Origin: Camelus ferus
Lineage: Eukaryota
Reading direction: 5' to 3'
NCBI RefSeq assembly: GCF_009834535.1
Contig: NC_045697.1
Location: 65,350,001-65,414,000 of the forward strand
DNA length: 64,000 nucleotides
A model generated the notes under the pieces. The model searched no databases and was not told the DNA's origin. It saw only the letters and a list, made by a program, of their open reading frames with translations. A program made the position numbers and the translations under genes. The stretch's first letter is position 1; the number at the start of each line of letters is the position of its first letter. This document shows positions 1-14,690 of this stretch, piece after piece.

Positions 1-324
1 AAACTTTCTTCCCAACTAAATGATAGAAATAATTTTTAAAAATAATAAAATAAAACTTTTATTGGCTAACTGCTCTAGTTTCCACTTCCAAACTTGTGTA
101 ATTTTGATAATCAATGCCATTTTGGTTTAATAAAAATGCCACAGTGTTCTGCTGTTAAGTATATCAAGAGTATTATTTGAGAAGCATTTTTCTTTATTGT
201 TGAAAGACTGTGTCCTATTTTTGTTTTTCTATTTTTTGTACTTAAAATTTTTGTTTATTAGTTGCTCATGCAGTTTTAGAATGGGAAGGTAAAATAAAGT
301 TAATCTAACCTATTTTTCACAATT

Positions 325-450
325 TTGAGGTGGAGAAAACTGAGTCTCAGAAAAATTAAATGACTTATGAAGCATTGGTTACACAGGAAATTAGTTTTAA
401 ATTCCAAGTTTTCTGGCTTCCAGTTCTGTGTTCTGTATACCATACCATTT
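325..450 (-). mobile_element. MIR SINE fragment
   Basis: AAACTGAGTCTCAGAAAAATTAAATGACTT resembles the reverse complement of the MIR core. Confidence 0.6.
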
Positions 451-1399
451 ATCCTTTTTATTATTCATGGCAGTGGTGTTTATCCACTACTGTCAAAATC
501 ATTTGACTAAAGAAAACACACACACACCAAGAAGTCAAGGGTAAATGCACCATGTGTCAATATTATATAAACAACACCTTAGTTTTAATATGGCTTCCTC
601 AAATTCTTTGAAGTTGGAGTGTGCATCGGTGAATCTGCAAGAGGACTATTTCAAAGGCATAGACTGCATTTTTAACAATTCTTGTAGCAAAAAGTTTATT
701 TTCACACATATGCATTCTTTAGTTCATTATGAGGAGCTACACTTAATTGTAAAGTATATATTACTTAGTGGTAATATGTGTTTTGGTAAGGACTTTTCAT
801 ACTGTATAATTTAAATGTGTTGACATTACGTACACTGCAGGAAGCTTCCAAACCTTTTACATAAAATAAGTAAAACAAATACAAGCTGAACTGCTCTGGA
901 AGAGAGTGAGAGAGGATCTCCAAAGATGGACTCCCACAACAATCCATTCTCAGAACCAGAATCTGAACATTTCCCTGGAACATTTAGAACTCAGTTTAAT
1001 CCATATAGACCGACCATCTTTCTTACAGAGTGTGGAATGGTATAATACCCATGCAACATGGGCGGGCTATTTTTATTTACAGAGTTGCTCTATGATTACA
1101 TGGCATTTTCTATTTTTTCTTACTGTTAATATTGAAGTGATTTCTAAGAGTACACTTTATTTATTCATACATTCATCACTCTTTGAACAGATACTTATCA
1201 AATACCTGTAAATGTGGAATGTATCATTCAAACTCTTTGTGTGATTTTCTAAAAAAGGAATTTAGAGCCTAGGCATGAGTATTGGCTAAGTGTATAAAAA
1301 GCGGTACTCTAAGGTGAGAGACAACAAAGGGCCCCCAAAATGGGTAAATGTAGTAGAAGTGGGATTCTGTGGACTCTTGGAAGAGTATTTCCAAGATTA

Positions 1400-1800
1400 C
1401 TCTGTGGTACACATTCAGATCCCTGCTCTGTGGCTGAGACATTCCTTCTTGGGAGAGCACACAGCTGATCCCCTGTCCAGAAACTGCCCTGGGCAGACGG
1501 GAGCCGCTCCACTCGCTTTCTGAAAGAGCATGCACCCATTGACTGGTCGTCACAGAACTAGGAAGGTCTGAGTGCCTAGCTTCCATTTGGGTTAACTCTG
1601 AAGAATCATTGTACCTACAGATGAGCCCATGGGACCATCAGAGCTGCTGTTGTATTGCATTGCATTTTCACCTCCCCTCCGTCCAGTGCTTCTTCTCTCA
1701 CTCCCTTGCAGATACTTTTCTTAGGAGCACTTCAAGCAACCCTCCTGCACACCAGCAGATCTCCATTTCAGAGCTGTTTTCTGGGGAAACTGACCCAAAA
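1400..1800 (+). mobile_element. Old ERVL LTR (LTR16-like)
   Basis: The 3' part ...GAGCACTTCAAGCAACCCTCCTGCAC...ATCTCCATTTCAGAGCTGTTTTCTGGGGAAACTGACC resembles the LTR16 3' end. Confidence 0.6.
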
Positions 1801-2511
1801 TTGAGAAAACAGATTAGAAAAACTTGCATGAAACTGATAACATCTTAACTTGAATATTAACTGATTTGAGATATGTAAAGCAATGGGGAAGAGGATGTTT
1901 CAGGTGGTGGAACCACTCTACCTGACGTATCTATTGGAATAAATCATATGGACACTGACAAAGATTGATTAATTTACCAGAGTGCACAGAATACATGGAA
2001 AGAATAGTTCAGACTGGAAAAAGATTGAGGAAAGGAATTTATTTTGTAGGTAAATGAAAGACCCTAAAGAATTTGGGGACATAGGTATGACAAAATCAGA
2101 GCTAAGTTTTAGAAAGAATACGCTTACACCTTTTATTTAATAAAAAAACTAAGAAAATATTACACTCTAAATACATGATTACATATAAAAGCACGGACAT
2201 TTTCTATGTATTCAGTATGAGTAAACCAAACAGGATTTGATAGATCCTTAAATCACATACTTCCACATTGATTTAATTGATCAATTTCTGCTAAATACTT
2301 TGTGGTAGTTATTTCCAATACCTAATATGGGAAAATAGAATATATCAGCATTTGTGGCAGTATCTCAGAATGTTTAGCACCAATACATTTTCTCAAATTG
2401 ATGTGTTGATATATATTATGTCTAAAAGAGATGTATTGATACATGTTGATATCTAAAGAAGTATTCTTTGGCAAAAATATTGAAATTACTCTAATTCTTA
2501 TATGGTAACAT

Positions 2512-3270
2512 ATTCATTCAACAAATATTTATTGAATTCTGCCATATGCTGCACTGTGAGATCACAGAATAAGGAAGGAAAATAGAAATATCAAAAATAA
2601 TTATAAATGTAATTTCTTCTACAAAAGGGGAAACACCAGCTGTTCTGAAAATATGTGACTGGAGGACCTACTTAGGCTTAGGAGTGACAGTTAAGTAGAA
2701 ATATTTAAGATGCCTAGGCATTAGCCAGAAAAAGAAAGGAAGAGCATTTCATGAATAGGAAGGGAAGAATGGTGCAAGGGCAATAGAATGTTAGCAGGCT
2801 TGGAGGCAAGAGAGTTTGGCACACTTAAGCATCTGAAATAAGACTTGGGTAGCTAGAATAGAGACAGCATAGGAACATTGTTCCTCATTAGCTAAAAGTA
2901 GAAGACAGGGAAAAGATTATGAAGGGGTTTGTAAACCATGTTAAAGTTCATAAACTTATTTTAGGGGTAAGGTTAAGCCACTGGGTTATTTTAAACAGGA
3001 GGGTGACAAAACCAGATTACTCAGTGGCTACCAATTGGAGAATCCATTCTGCAACTGCCATTGGACCAGGACAGATTACATAAGACAATTATCAATTAAA
3101 AAGCTGAAGCTTAAATTCAGAGGAACCCTGGGCAATGATATGGGTTATAGAAACAGAAGTACATGTCTTTGAGAGATGTTTAGGTGATTGAAAAAAGATT
3201 TGGTGATTTAACATGAATATGTGAGGAAGAAGAAGAAGAAAATGGTGTCTAGGTTCCTGGCTTGGGAAAA
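2512..3270 (-). mobile_element. L2 LINE 3' fragment
   Basis: Starts with TTCATTCAACAAATATTTATTGA (reverse-complemented L2 tail), followed by a purine-rich L2 body. Confidence 0.7.
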
Positions 3271-3314
3271 AATAACTAATACGTTTGAATTTTCATTGTT
3301 GGAGTTGTTTTTCT

Positions 3315-5402
3315 ATTTTTTTTAATTTACAATATTATAATAGTTTCAGGTATACAGCATAGTGATTCAATATTTTAATAGATTATATACTCCATTTATA
3401 GTTATTAAAAATTATGGCTATATTTCCCTGTGCTGTATAATATGTCATTTTTCCTTATGTATTTTATACATAGTAGTCTTTATCTCTTAATTTCATACCA
3501 TTATCTTGCCCTTCCCAACTTCCCTTTCTCCACTGGTATCCACTAGTTTGTTTTCTATATCTGTTTAATTATATGCATTTGTTTAATATATTTTAGATTC
3601 CACATGTAAGTGGTAACATACAATATTTCTCTTCCTATGTCTGACTTAGTTCACTAAGCATAATACCCTCCAAGCTCATGTTGTTTCAAATGGCAAAATT
3701 TCATTCTTTGTTATGGCTGAATAATATTCCATTGTATACATGTATACCACATTTTCTTTATCCACTGATATGTTGATGGATACTTGAGTGGCTTCCATGT
3801 CTTGACATCTGTAAATAATTCTGCTTGGAACATTGGGGTCCATGTATCTTTTCAAATTACTGGGGTTTTTTTTTCTTGAATATATGCTCAGGAGTGGAAT
3901 TGCTGGATTATTTATTAGTCCTATTTTTAGATTTTTGAGGAACCTCTGTAATATTTTCCACAGTGGCTGTAATAATGTACATTCCCACTAACAATGGACA
4001 AGGATTCCCTTTCTCCACATCCTCACCAACATTTGTTATAGACTTTTAAATGATAGCCATTCTGACAGGTGTGAAGTGATATCTCTTTGTGATTTGGATT
4101 TGCATTTCTCTGATAATTAGCAATGTTGATCAAATTTGGATGCCTTTTATTTATTTTTCTTGTCTGCTGTGTCTATGACTTCTAATACTTGTTAAATATA
4201 AGTGGCAAGACTGGGCATCCTTATCTTGTTCCTGATTTTAGAGAAAAGACTTTCAGCTTTTCCCTGCTGAGTAGGATGTTAGCTGTGAATTTGTCATAAA
4301 TGGCCTTTATTATGTTGAGATATATTATCTGTATTTAAACTTTGATGAGAGTTTTTATCATGAATGGATGTTAAGTTTTGTCAAATGCTTTTTCTGATCT
4401 ACTGAAATGATCATGTGATTTTTATCATTCTTTTTGTTAATGTGGTGTATCACATTGACTTACAAATATTGAACCATTCTAGTGTCCCTGGAATAAATCC
4501 CACTTGATCATGGTGTATGATCTTTTTTATATGTTGTTGGATTAAGTTTAGCAATAATGTGTTGAGGATTTTTGCATCTATAGTCACCAAAGATACTGAC
4601 CTATAATTTTCTTCTTTCCCTTTTTTTTTCCTTAAATATCTGTGTCTGATTTTGGTATCAGGGTAATGGTGCCCTTGTGGAATGAATTTGGGAGTGTCCT
4701 TTCTCTTCAATTTTTTGAAATAGTTTAGATGGGTAGGTATTAGCTCTTCTACATATGTTTGACAGAATTCCCCTGTGAAGCCATCGAGTCCTGGACTTTT
4801 GTTTGCTGGTAGCTTTTTTTTTTTAATTACTAATTCAATTTCACTAATAATGCATTTGGTCTGTTCACATTGTCTGTTTTTTCCTGACTCAGTTTTGGCA
4901 GGTTGTATGTTTCTAGAAATGTGTCTGTTTCTTCTAGATTGTCCAATTTGTTGGCATATAACTGTTCATAGTATTGCTTTTTTTTTTTATATTCCTGTGA
5001 TATTGATTGTTATTTTTCTTCTTTCATTTCTTATTTTGTTTACTTGGGTCCTCTCTCTTTTCTTCTTGAAGAACTTGGCTAAAATTTCATCAGTTTGGTT
5101 TATCTTTTTTAATAACCAGCTCTTGGTTTCATTGATCTTCTCTCTCTCTCTCTCTCTGTCCCGATTTTATTTGTTTTCTCTTTCTTTATTACTTCCTTCC
5201 TGCTGCTGACTTTGGGCTTTGCTTGTTCTTCTTTTCCTAATTCCTTTACATGGTATGTTAGGTTGTTTGAGGTTTTTCTTGTTTCTTAAAGAAGGCCTAC
5301 ATTGTTATAAACTACCCTCTTAGACTGCTTTTGGTGCATTCTATAGTTTTTGGAAAGCTATGTTTCCATTTTCATTTGTCTTAAAGTATTTTCTGATTTC
5401 CC
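3315..5402 (-). mobile_element. L1 LINE, 5'-truncated (3' UTR plus ORF2 RT region), with an internal deletion near 4130
   Basis: PolyT start and typical L1 3' UTR. The minus ORF 4450-4710 reads NYRSVSLVTIDAKILN...IQQHIKKIIHHDQVGFIPG, an L1 ORF2 reverse transcriptase signature. Confidence 0.93.
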
Positions 5403-7653
5403 CTTATACTTAGATAAATGAAAGTTATTACTTTGCTTTTCAGGTTAAGTACTGTATACCATTTAGAATTTATAAGACATGAGAGAGAGAGAATTTAAGA
5501 AAAATAATAGACTTACCAGAAATAGTATTGACTTGGAATATAAGATAGTCCTTTTTTAAAAATGTGTGTAAATAAACTTTTTGTCACAAGAGCTTTTAAA
5601 AATGCAGTCAGTGTCCTTGGAATAGTCTTCTTGTGGACTCATCAATGTATACTCCAACTTCAGGGCATTTGAATCATAAAGTAAATAAATTGGTATAAAT
5701 TTCAGTTTAATTCAGTTCAATATACATTTTTGAGCAATCACCATGATATGCACATGTTATGTTGGATGCAGAGTCTAGAGGAAACAGTATGAGGCACAAG
5801 ATAGAGGTTTCAGTTCAGGTTCCTCGGATAACTGGATGTCTGGGCCTCAGCTTCTTTTTCTCTAAGATGGAGATAGCGTGATGAAAATGCTAGTAGCTTC
5901 CTATTCCTCTCAGTTTGCTTCAAATTCCTATTGTGAATGAATATTTGAGTATGTATGTATATTTGTAAATATATGTATATATCAAAATCTATTTGTACAT
6001 ACACATACATATAAATATAATATGGCAACTCAAATTTTCCTGAATATTTCACACTAATTACGTTGTTTTTATTTATTTTATTTTTTGGCATATTGTCTTC
6101 CAGTGTTTACCATTATATTTCTTTTCTGGGTAGAAAATGTAGTGTTTTCCATCTCTTAGGGATTTTTCTCACGGAAATTAACTTGTGAAACATGAGGGCA
6201 TCAGGACATTCTGCTGAGTCTCCCAGTGTGTTCACTGCCTTGCTGGGCTCATGTTTATTTAACAGGGTGTCCTTAGTTACCAAGCATGTCTGCAGATTGC
6301 AAGGAACCTAGGAATATGTATAAGGAAATTAGACAAGTGTCATAAATATTTGATGTTCCATATGATCTTCCAGAAGTATCTCTAAGTTACTTTGCCGGTT
6401 CAAACATAGGGAAAAATCCTTAGCCTCATAAGGGGAGTGAAATAAATTCTTAGTAAAATTTTTTCTTCTTTTTCCAAACTTATCTTATCCATAGGGGAAC
6501 ATCAAACTTACGCCTTTTCAGAAACTAATTATCCAGTGGTAAATTATTACTAACCTTTGATCTACTCTTTTTATTTTTCCCTTCTTCTGCTGTATATGTT
6601 TGATACCCACTCATATTTCTGTATAGAGTGTGTAGGATGAAATCCAAACCAATTTTACTTGGTATTTTTAAAAAGGTTTACTCTGGGAGTAATTATTACT
6701 GTCAATTTAGTGGACATTTAGACATTTTCTGTATGTGTTATTCATATTATCAATGTCCCATTAGCTTATTTTGTTTAGAATCAGCTGTATCAAGAGATTA
6801 AAAAAAACCCAACTATGCATGCACAAAGATAATGACTGCTCATTACCGCCTGGCCAGCTCACATTTTTACAAAGGCTCAGATTTCAAAGTTGATCTGAGG
6901 ATAGATGGGAAAAATAGCTCAGAAAGGTGGCAATATCCCTAGGTAATCAAAAACTGGAGAGGCTAAGTCTGAGTTAGGTAAGAAGAAGCTTCAGTTAAAG
7001 AGTCACTGACCTCTCTAGCTCACTTATGTCTACCTGAGGGAAGGTTTCACTGATTACGTATACTAACAGCTCATTAAGGATATAACATCAAGAAGATAAA
7101 TTATTAAGTCAAAAAAGTGAACAAGGTGAGTGGAGGCCACAGTGAACCAAATTCAGGTTCCCTGATTTATGGGGTTTTGTCCTTTGTGCAGTGGGGACTA
7201 AGTGGGCCAAGTTGCTCAGTACCACATATGAGCTAGAGAAAAGACACCGGCCCAGAGCGGCTATGTGGGTATCGATGGGGAATGATAATAACACAGTGCC
7301 AAGCAATCTAATGATCAAAACTTTAACATTTTCAGGAGGATAGCATTTTTGCAATGTAGCCCTCATCTTGTTATGCAATATCTTTCCTCTTCCGAGAAAT
7401 AAAGTACTAAGACAGAAATGTAATATTCTGTTATAATTGGAGATATTACTGAGGTAGGTGTGTGACTGAGGACAAGAAAAGGTCTTATAAAAAGATTTCT
7501 GCATACCAGTAATTTGAACTACATGTAGTAATATAAGCTATTCTTGTCATTCCGACTTCTCAGTATTTGCCACTTGGAGATATTTATGATAATAAGAGCC
7601 ACAGTACTTACCCCAATCTTTAAAATCTTAAGTGGTAACTGGAATCCTTGAGA

Positions 7654-8214
7654 TGTTAGTATTGAGCAAACACAAGATCAAATTCACTTACAAGGAAGGA
7701 TAGTTTACCTGTATCAAGGACAGAAGCAATCAAGAGGCACAGACAAAGGAAAGAGATATTATCAGAAATTCTGTATGAGTCCCCAAGCCCTTTCTTCCCA
7801 CATTGGGCATACATTCACATTCTGTCTCTAAAAAAGGTTTTGCAGGCTTACCTCACACAACAGGGATAATTTACATTATGAAATATCTTTATTTTTGCCC
7901 TGGTAAGTATAAAGCTTCAGGACATTTTCCAGGGAGCCGTAAGTCATTAATCCCTAGATCAGGAGTTTGTTTGTGCGGTAATTCTTTAGCCTGGGACATC
8001 CTGCTAAGGGCTTTTATAGATGAGGCTCTTTTTTCTAGTAAAAATTACTAGTCTCTTTACCTGGAGTTCCAGTTGATAAGGGCATTAGACTCATTTACCT
8101 CCCTTCTTTTTTTCTCCCCCTGGGCTGCACCCCCCCAACACACACATCAGTAAAAGGGTGAATAAAGGATCCTCGACCAGCTGCTTTAACTCTTTTCTCC
8201 TCAAATACTAATCA
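7654..8214 (-). mobile_element. Solo ERV1-class LTR (MER89-like, ~560 bp)
   Basis: TG...CA ends with imperfect inverted termini TGTTAGTATTGA / TCAAATACTAATCA. Flanks GAGA/GTGA could be a 4-bp TSD with one mismatch. Confidence 0.6.
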
Positions 8215-8399
8215 GTGAAATATAATTGAGTCAAATTTGCAAAAATATTTTCCAAAGCCACATAAATATTCAAGCATGTAAAGAAATTTTGCAACCCCCA
8301 CAAACTTTAGCTGAAAAAAAGGAGCATGCCTATTATTTCTAGTAGAACTAAAAACCTCCCCCCAAATTAAAGAATAAATAATCATATAGATGATGATGA

Positions 8400-8630
8400 T
8401 AATGATAGTAATTAAGCTCTCATTATTTATCAAACACTTCTATATTCTTTACTCTGTTGTATTATAAGACAATAATCTTCTGGGGTAATAAGTGCTATTA
8501 TTTTTCTGATTAAACAGATGTAGAAATTGGGGCACAGAGAAATTAAATGACTTAGCACAGCTAGTAGATTCTGATGCCACTGATCACATCCAGGAAATCT
8601 GACTTCAAAATCCATGCTATTGACTGCTAA
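8400..8630 (-). mobile_element. MIR SINE
   Basis: ACAGATGTAGAAATTGGGGCACAGAGAAATTAAATGACTT MIR core, reverse complement. Confidence 0.75.
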
Positions 8631-9818
8631 ATCGTATATGAGAAAAATGCAGACATATCAAATTCAAAGATTCTTATTAGTAAGACTGGATAATAAAAGA
8701 GAAGCTGGCTTATTAGAAAATAACAGTGGAGGGTCAGTTTTGTTGATTATTGCTGCTGCAAAAATGAAATAGATTAAATATTGAAATTAATGAATAAAGA
8801 ATGATTTGTTTGAATTGCTGTTATGAGCTCAGTGTCATGTAATGGGGCACAAGACACAGAATAAGTAAGAGGTATAGCAGACAGCATAATACCTGCGAAA
8901 AAAGACTACAAGTTGAGTTAGAGGTTATGGCAAGTGAGATATATTTAAATAGCAACATTGTAGAGGTGCTGATTGAAACAGTTTACAAACTGAGATAATT
9001 TGTCCAAATATATGTGAGTATCAGGCCAAAATTCTAAATTTGAAATGACTCAGAATGTGATTTTCATTTGTAAAATCCTAACGTAAAGGCTGATAAACTA
9101 AACTGAGTAAAGAATGGTAAACAAGAAATAGAGAAATATGACCTATATTGCCATCTGTTGAGGAAATAAACATCTGTCATGTTGAATGAAAGATGAAGCT
9201 TGGAAGTTCCCAATGAATCTCAACAGCTAGAACTACTATTTAAGAGCAAAAATAGACTTCAAGCCTAATTTAGATTTTTTTTTTTAATTTGGAAAAGGTA
9301 TTTAAAGGAGGAAAAATAAAGCTCCAATTAGTTAGAACCACAGCTTTAAAGATTTCCAGATTTAATTTTAGATCAAATTACAATGGAATTGTGCTAGAGA
9401 AAGAGTATTGTCAAAACTTGTTTCCAGAGTAGATTCTATGCTCTCCAGAAGTATCTTGTTTTTTTGACAAATAGATCCATGCATGTCACAACATATGATG
9501 GCAAAATCCTAGCCTGAAATTTAGTCTCAGCTCAAACATATTGTCATTTTGAGTACTCATTTGACCCTTTGGGTCTAAATTTCTTTGTCAGTAAAGTTGG
9601 TGAGATTGGACTAAGTGATGCTCAAGGTTACTTTCAATTGTACTCCTATCCCTGCTGTGCACCTATTAAAAATAGCCTGTTAATAATTGCATGCTTGAAA
9701 AAACATTTATTTTATAGGTGAAAACTGTTTCCAGGGCTTCCTATTTTTATTATTATTATTATTACTATTGTTTTACATCTCCAAAAATCTTAACGTCAGT
9801 ATATTTTCTCTTCTTTAG

Positions 9819-10016
<198 letters not shown>

Positions 10017-10789
10017 TGAATTTAAGTCTATATTGTAGTTTGAGAGAGAAGAAGGAGAAGAATTAGGCCTTATGTACTTAACGGAAGCATTAAGCAATAA
10101 ATTCTGTTTATGCCTTAGAATATTTTAAAGGAAAAAATCCTGATTATTGCCTAGGGAGCTAGCATAATCTTTCACTCATTAAAATAATAATTTTTATAAA
10201 GTAATGAATTTAATATTTATATGCTGCATAGCTGCTTGGTTTTTAACTTGTAATATGCACAAAATCAGAATAAGGGCTTTGATAAATTTCATATCACAAG
10301 AGAGAAAGTCTACTACAAAATGTGACATCACAGTATTTCAGCGTCTGTATGTGTCATATAATAAGTAGAAAGAAAATTGTTTGCAGGGAATGAACTGTTG
10401 TTATAGACTGCAGATCACATGTAAGAAGAAGCTGAGTGACAGTAAAGGATGTTTCATGAAATATTGGGACAGTAACTTTTTCAAGGAGAAACATAAAAAT
10501 CCCTGGAGAAATGACTTTTCTATAGTTTTGATTTGCCATTTTTATATATTTTTGGTAGGAAAAAAACTTAAGGTAATTGATTGTGTGTACAGAGTTCATA
10601 ACTGTAAGTTTCTAACTGTATGAAATTGGCTGCACTGATGATACGAGGTACTTCAGTAGGTGTTTCTTTCCAGTACTGAGGTGTAGGATGCAGAAAGATT
10701 TAAACAAATTGGAGTTTACTGTTATTCTAATCAGCAAGAGAAATCTCTTGGTAAATTTATGCTAGAGAATTTGAAATTATCTTAATGTA

Positions 10790-13690
10790 TTTTAATTTTT
10801 TTATAGTGAAGCATAGCAAACATATAGAAAACTGCATAAAACACAAGGATAGTTTAGTGAATTATTATAAAGGAATCAACTATTACTCTGGTCCAGAAAC
10901 AGAATATTATCGAGTGTCCTAAAACCCCCATTATATTTCTTGTTGGCATCCCTGACATCTCTTCTCAGTAGCACAACCATTAATCTGAATTTTGTGATAC
11001 TCATTTCTTTACATTTTAAATATAATTTTATCATCTATGTGTGCATCCTTAAATAATTGAGTTTTGCCAATATTTCAGTTTATGAATGGGCTCAATATTG
11101 CATATGCTTTTTTCTTGCTTCTTATATCCTTAATTCTGTTTGTGTTATTCTTGTTGCTCCATGTAGCTGTTGTTTATTCATTTACATTGCTGTATCATTT
11201 TCTATTGTATGAATGTGTCACAGTCTACGGTGGTCTGTTTCCATTTTGGGGCTATCATAGGCAGTGCTGTTATGAATGTTCCTACACATATATTTTGGCT
11301 ATATACTCTTATACTTTGCATGTATTTCTGTAGGATTTGTATCCAGGAGTAGAACTTCAACAATACGAGAAAACATACATTGAACTTTACTAGATAATCT
11401 CAAACCCGTTTTCATAGAGATTTACCAATTTACATATTTCTAACAGTGCTACAAATCCACATTGCCCCATGCTCGCACCAAATTTTGGTTTTGTTGGATT
11501 TTTAAATTTTTATTAAGTCATTGGATGTATAATGGTATATCCTTGTGGTTTCAATTTGCATTTCTCTGATTAAAAAGGATTTTGCATCTTTTTTTGTATT
11601 TTTTTGCTCTTCAGGTTTCTTTTTGAGTTAATTGTCCATTTAAGTCCTTTGACCATTTTCTATTAGATTATCTTTTGTTCTTATAATTGATTCTAGGAGT
11701 TATATATATTGAATATTAGTCTTTTTTATTTAATTATATTGCAAATAGTTTCCTCTCTGTGTATTTCATTTTCATTCCATTCATAATGCCTTCAAATTTA
11801 GAATTATGAATTTTCTCCCTTATGATTATTACTGTTTAGTTTTATCCAAGAAATCATTCCTTACCACCAGAGTCATAAAGATACTATGCTCAATTATATT
11901 CTGAAGGCTTTAATAGTTTAGTCTTTTAAATTGAAACATTTTGTCTGCTTAGAATTTGTGTCAATGTTTGGGGGACAAGAAAAGAGTACAAGTTCACTGT
12001 TCTAGTATCTTGTTTATTTTCAATTGAGATTTAATTTGAACACAATAAAATGCACATATTTAAGTCGGCATAACTTCCAGTGAAGGCATTCACCAGTGTG
12101 ATTAGTATCCAGAACAAGGCATAGGACTTTCCCATCACCCAGAAATTCCCATCAATCCTCTTTTCACTCTTAACAATGCAGATAGTTATATCTGGTTGAT
12201 ATGCTCATATAAATGGATAATGCAGTGTATTCATTTGTATCTTCTTTCTCTTAACATGTTTCTTATACATTTTTATTTTTATGTCACTAATTTGTTATTT
12301 TTTTACTTACATTTGCTGAGTGGTATTATATTGTTTGCATGCAGTGTAGTCTTTTAAAACTCCATTTTCTGTCGGTTGCTGATACATGGAAACAAAGTTG
12401 ACATTTTTCTTGATTTTCTTGCTCCTTTGTTTAATTCTAATGATCTCTCTGTAAATTTTGGTGAATTCTCTGCACACTCATATGATCTGTGATTAATGAC
12501 TTGTATCATCCTTTCTAATTTTTACATCATTTATTTCTTCTTGCCTAGTGCACCTACTAGGGCCTTCAGGACAATGTTGAGTAAAAGTAATAGTAATAGG
12601 CATCCTTGGATTATTATCAGTCCCAGAGAAAAAGAAGTCAGTGCTACACCACTATATATAATGTCTTTCTTTTTCTTTGTTACTAACTTTGATCAGATTA
12701 AGGAAGCTTCATGCATTCCTGGGATAAACCTAATTTTTATATTTATATAAAATTACAATTATGCTTGTGTTTACATAAAAATTATTTGTTTTGCTACAAC
12801 CTTGCTTAAGGTTTTTACATTGATCTTCATGACTAAGGGTACCTGAAGTTTTCCTCTTTGTTGAATTTTCATTTTGATCTAAGGTTATGTTGGCCTCATA
12901 AAATGTGGTAGAGAGGGTTTTCTCTTTTTCTGTTCTCTATGAGTTACATAAAATTGGAGGAATTTCTTCTACAAGTGTTTGATAGATGATCTTATGAAGC
13001 CAACTCAGACTAGAATTTTCTTTATGGGAATTTTTTTTTTTACTATTGATTCTATTTTTTCATGGTAAATAAAAAGTCGTATTTTCTAATTCTTTTTGTC
13101 AACTCAAAAAGTTGTATTTTTATGTTCTTTTAAAGTTTTTTTTTCTTTTCTGTATGTATTGTCATAAATTTGCTGATAATATCCTTTTAAATACCTGAAA
13201 CATTTTGAGACTTGAACTTATTTTTTTCTGAATAGTTTTCTTTATAAATAAAACTCTTAATTTATTATGTAAGTCTTCTACTTCTAATAATTCTTTCTCC
13301 CCTAAAGAATATCTTTGTCTGCTATTAATAGAGCTAAAACAAGTTCCCTTCCATTACTATTTGGATGGTGTTTCTTTTTACTATCCTTTACTTTCAACTT
13401 TTCCTGTATCCTTTTGTTCTACACGTAATTCTTATAAAAAGCATATAAATGATTATTTGATACCAATTTGACTATGAGATGAGAGCATTTCACATATTTA
13501 AATGAAATGTATTTAGTAATACACTTAGGTTTAGGTCTTCCATCTTGTACATTCTGTCATTTGTACATTCCATTTGCCTTGCTTATTCTAGGTTCCTTTT
13601 TGTCTTCTTTCTTGCCTTCTTTTGGATTGTTAATGTATATATTTTTTATTTTCCTCTTTCCTCCTTGTAAATATTTACTAATTTACTAAG
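10790..13690 (-). mobile_element. Ancient L1 (L1M-type) fragments, including a nested L1 3' end at ~12020-12350
   Basis: T-rich degraded L1 3' UTR/ORF2 motifs, e.g. TTGCATTTCTCTGATTA, GGCATCCTTG, TTGGCCTCATAAAATG. Confidence 0.75.
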
Positions 13691-13729
13691 GTGATAAGTA
13701 AAAGAAGTAAAGGTAAGTACCATATTACC

Positions 13730-14690
13730 CATTTGCCTATGAAAGCAGTCATTAAATGGCTTTGTGAAACTGAGGGGGAGAATTTTTTGAGTGTGAGAGA
13801 GTTAAGTATACTTGAATGCTGACACACTGAGCCAGTAGAGAGTAAGGAAAAGAAGATAAAGGAAAGAAAGGTGATCATTGATAGAAGTTCAGAAGAAAGA
13901 CACAAAACTGGAGTGCTTAATCTTAGACCAAGTACATCATTTTCCTGGGTGATGGGGGGAGGAAGTAAGGAGAGAACCGTGTGAATGCAAGCAAGTTTTC
14001 AAATGTGCTGTCAAGAAGTTAAGGGGATAGATAAGAAGTATGTTATCTTCTCTTGGAGAAATGGGAGGTGAGATTATATGCTAAGGGGAAAACTGTAGCA
14101 GAAAACATTAATTAGAGATTATGAGGTCAGAAGTTTATAGACAGTGATTAAGTTTTGACAGAGCTACTGTGGCAAACCGGAGAGAACTAATTAGGTACCA
14201 TGGAAGAATTGCCAGGCAGGGCTGTTGGCTCATATGAGGGTAGAGACCAAAAATTCATTGTAGCACTAACCTATGTGGTTGTATATTTGTATCCAATAGC
14301 ATTCAGTGGATGCAATGAATTTGCATTAATGGAGGGTCTAGATTTCATCAGATTGTTTTGTTTTGTTTTGTTTTACTGTTTTTGACAGCAGTCCCATAAG
14401 GCAGTGAGGGGAAGGATTTGGGCTGGAAAATGGTTGAGGTGGTAAAGCATGAAATCTCACTTGGACCGGGACGGTAGTGAAGGCAGGAGGAGTCTCAACC
14501 ACAGGGAGGAAGTGTGGCTCAAGAGAATAGAGCCCACAGCAAATCGGAAGAAACTAACATTAGGTACATTAAGTGAGAGCGCTTCAGAGGCGGGCAGTTG
14601 TGTTTGAGGAGAAAGATGTGTAAATTCATGATTGGAAGGGTGGGTGGGTTCTAGACACTAAAAAAGTCATAATTGTAAGGGCAGAGGCAG
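13730..14690 (-). mobile_element. L2 LINE internal fragment
   Basis: GA-rich stretch resembling the reverse-complemented L2 ORF2 region. Confidence 0.55.
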
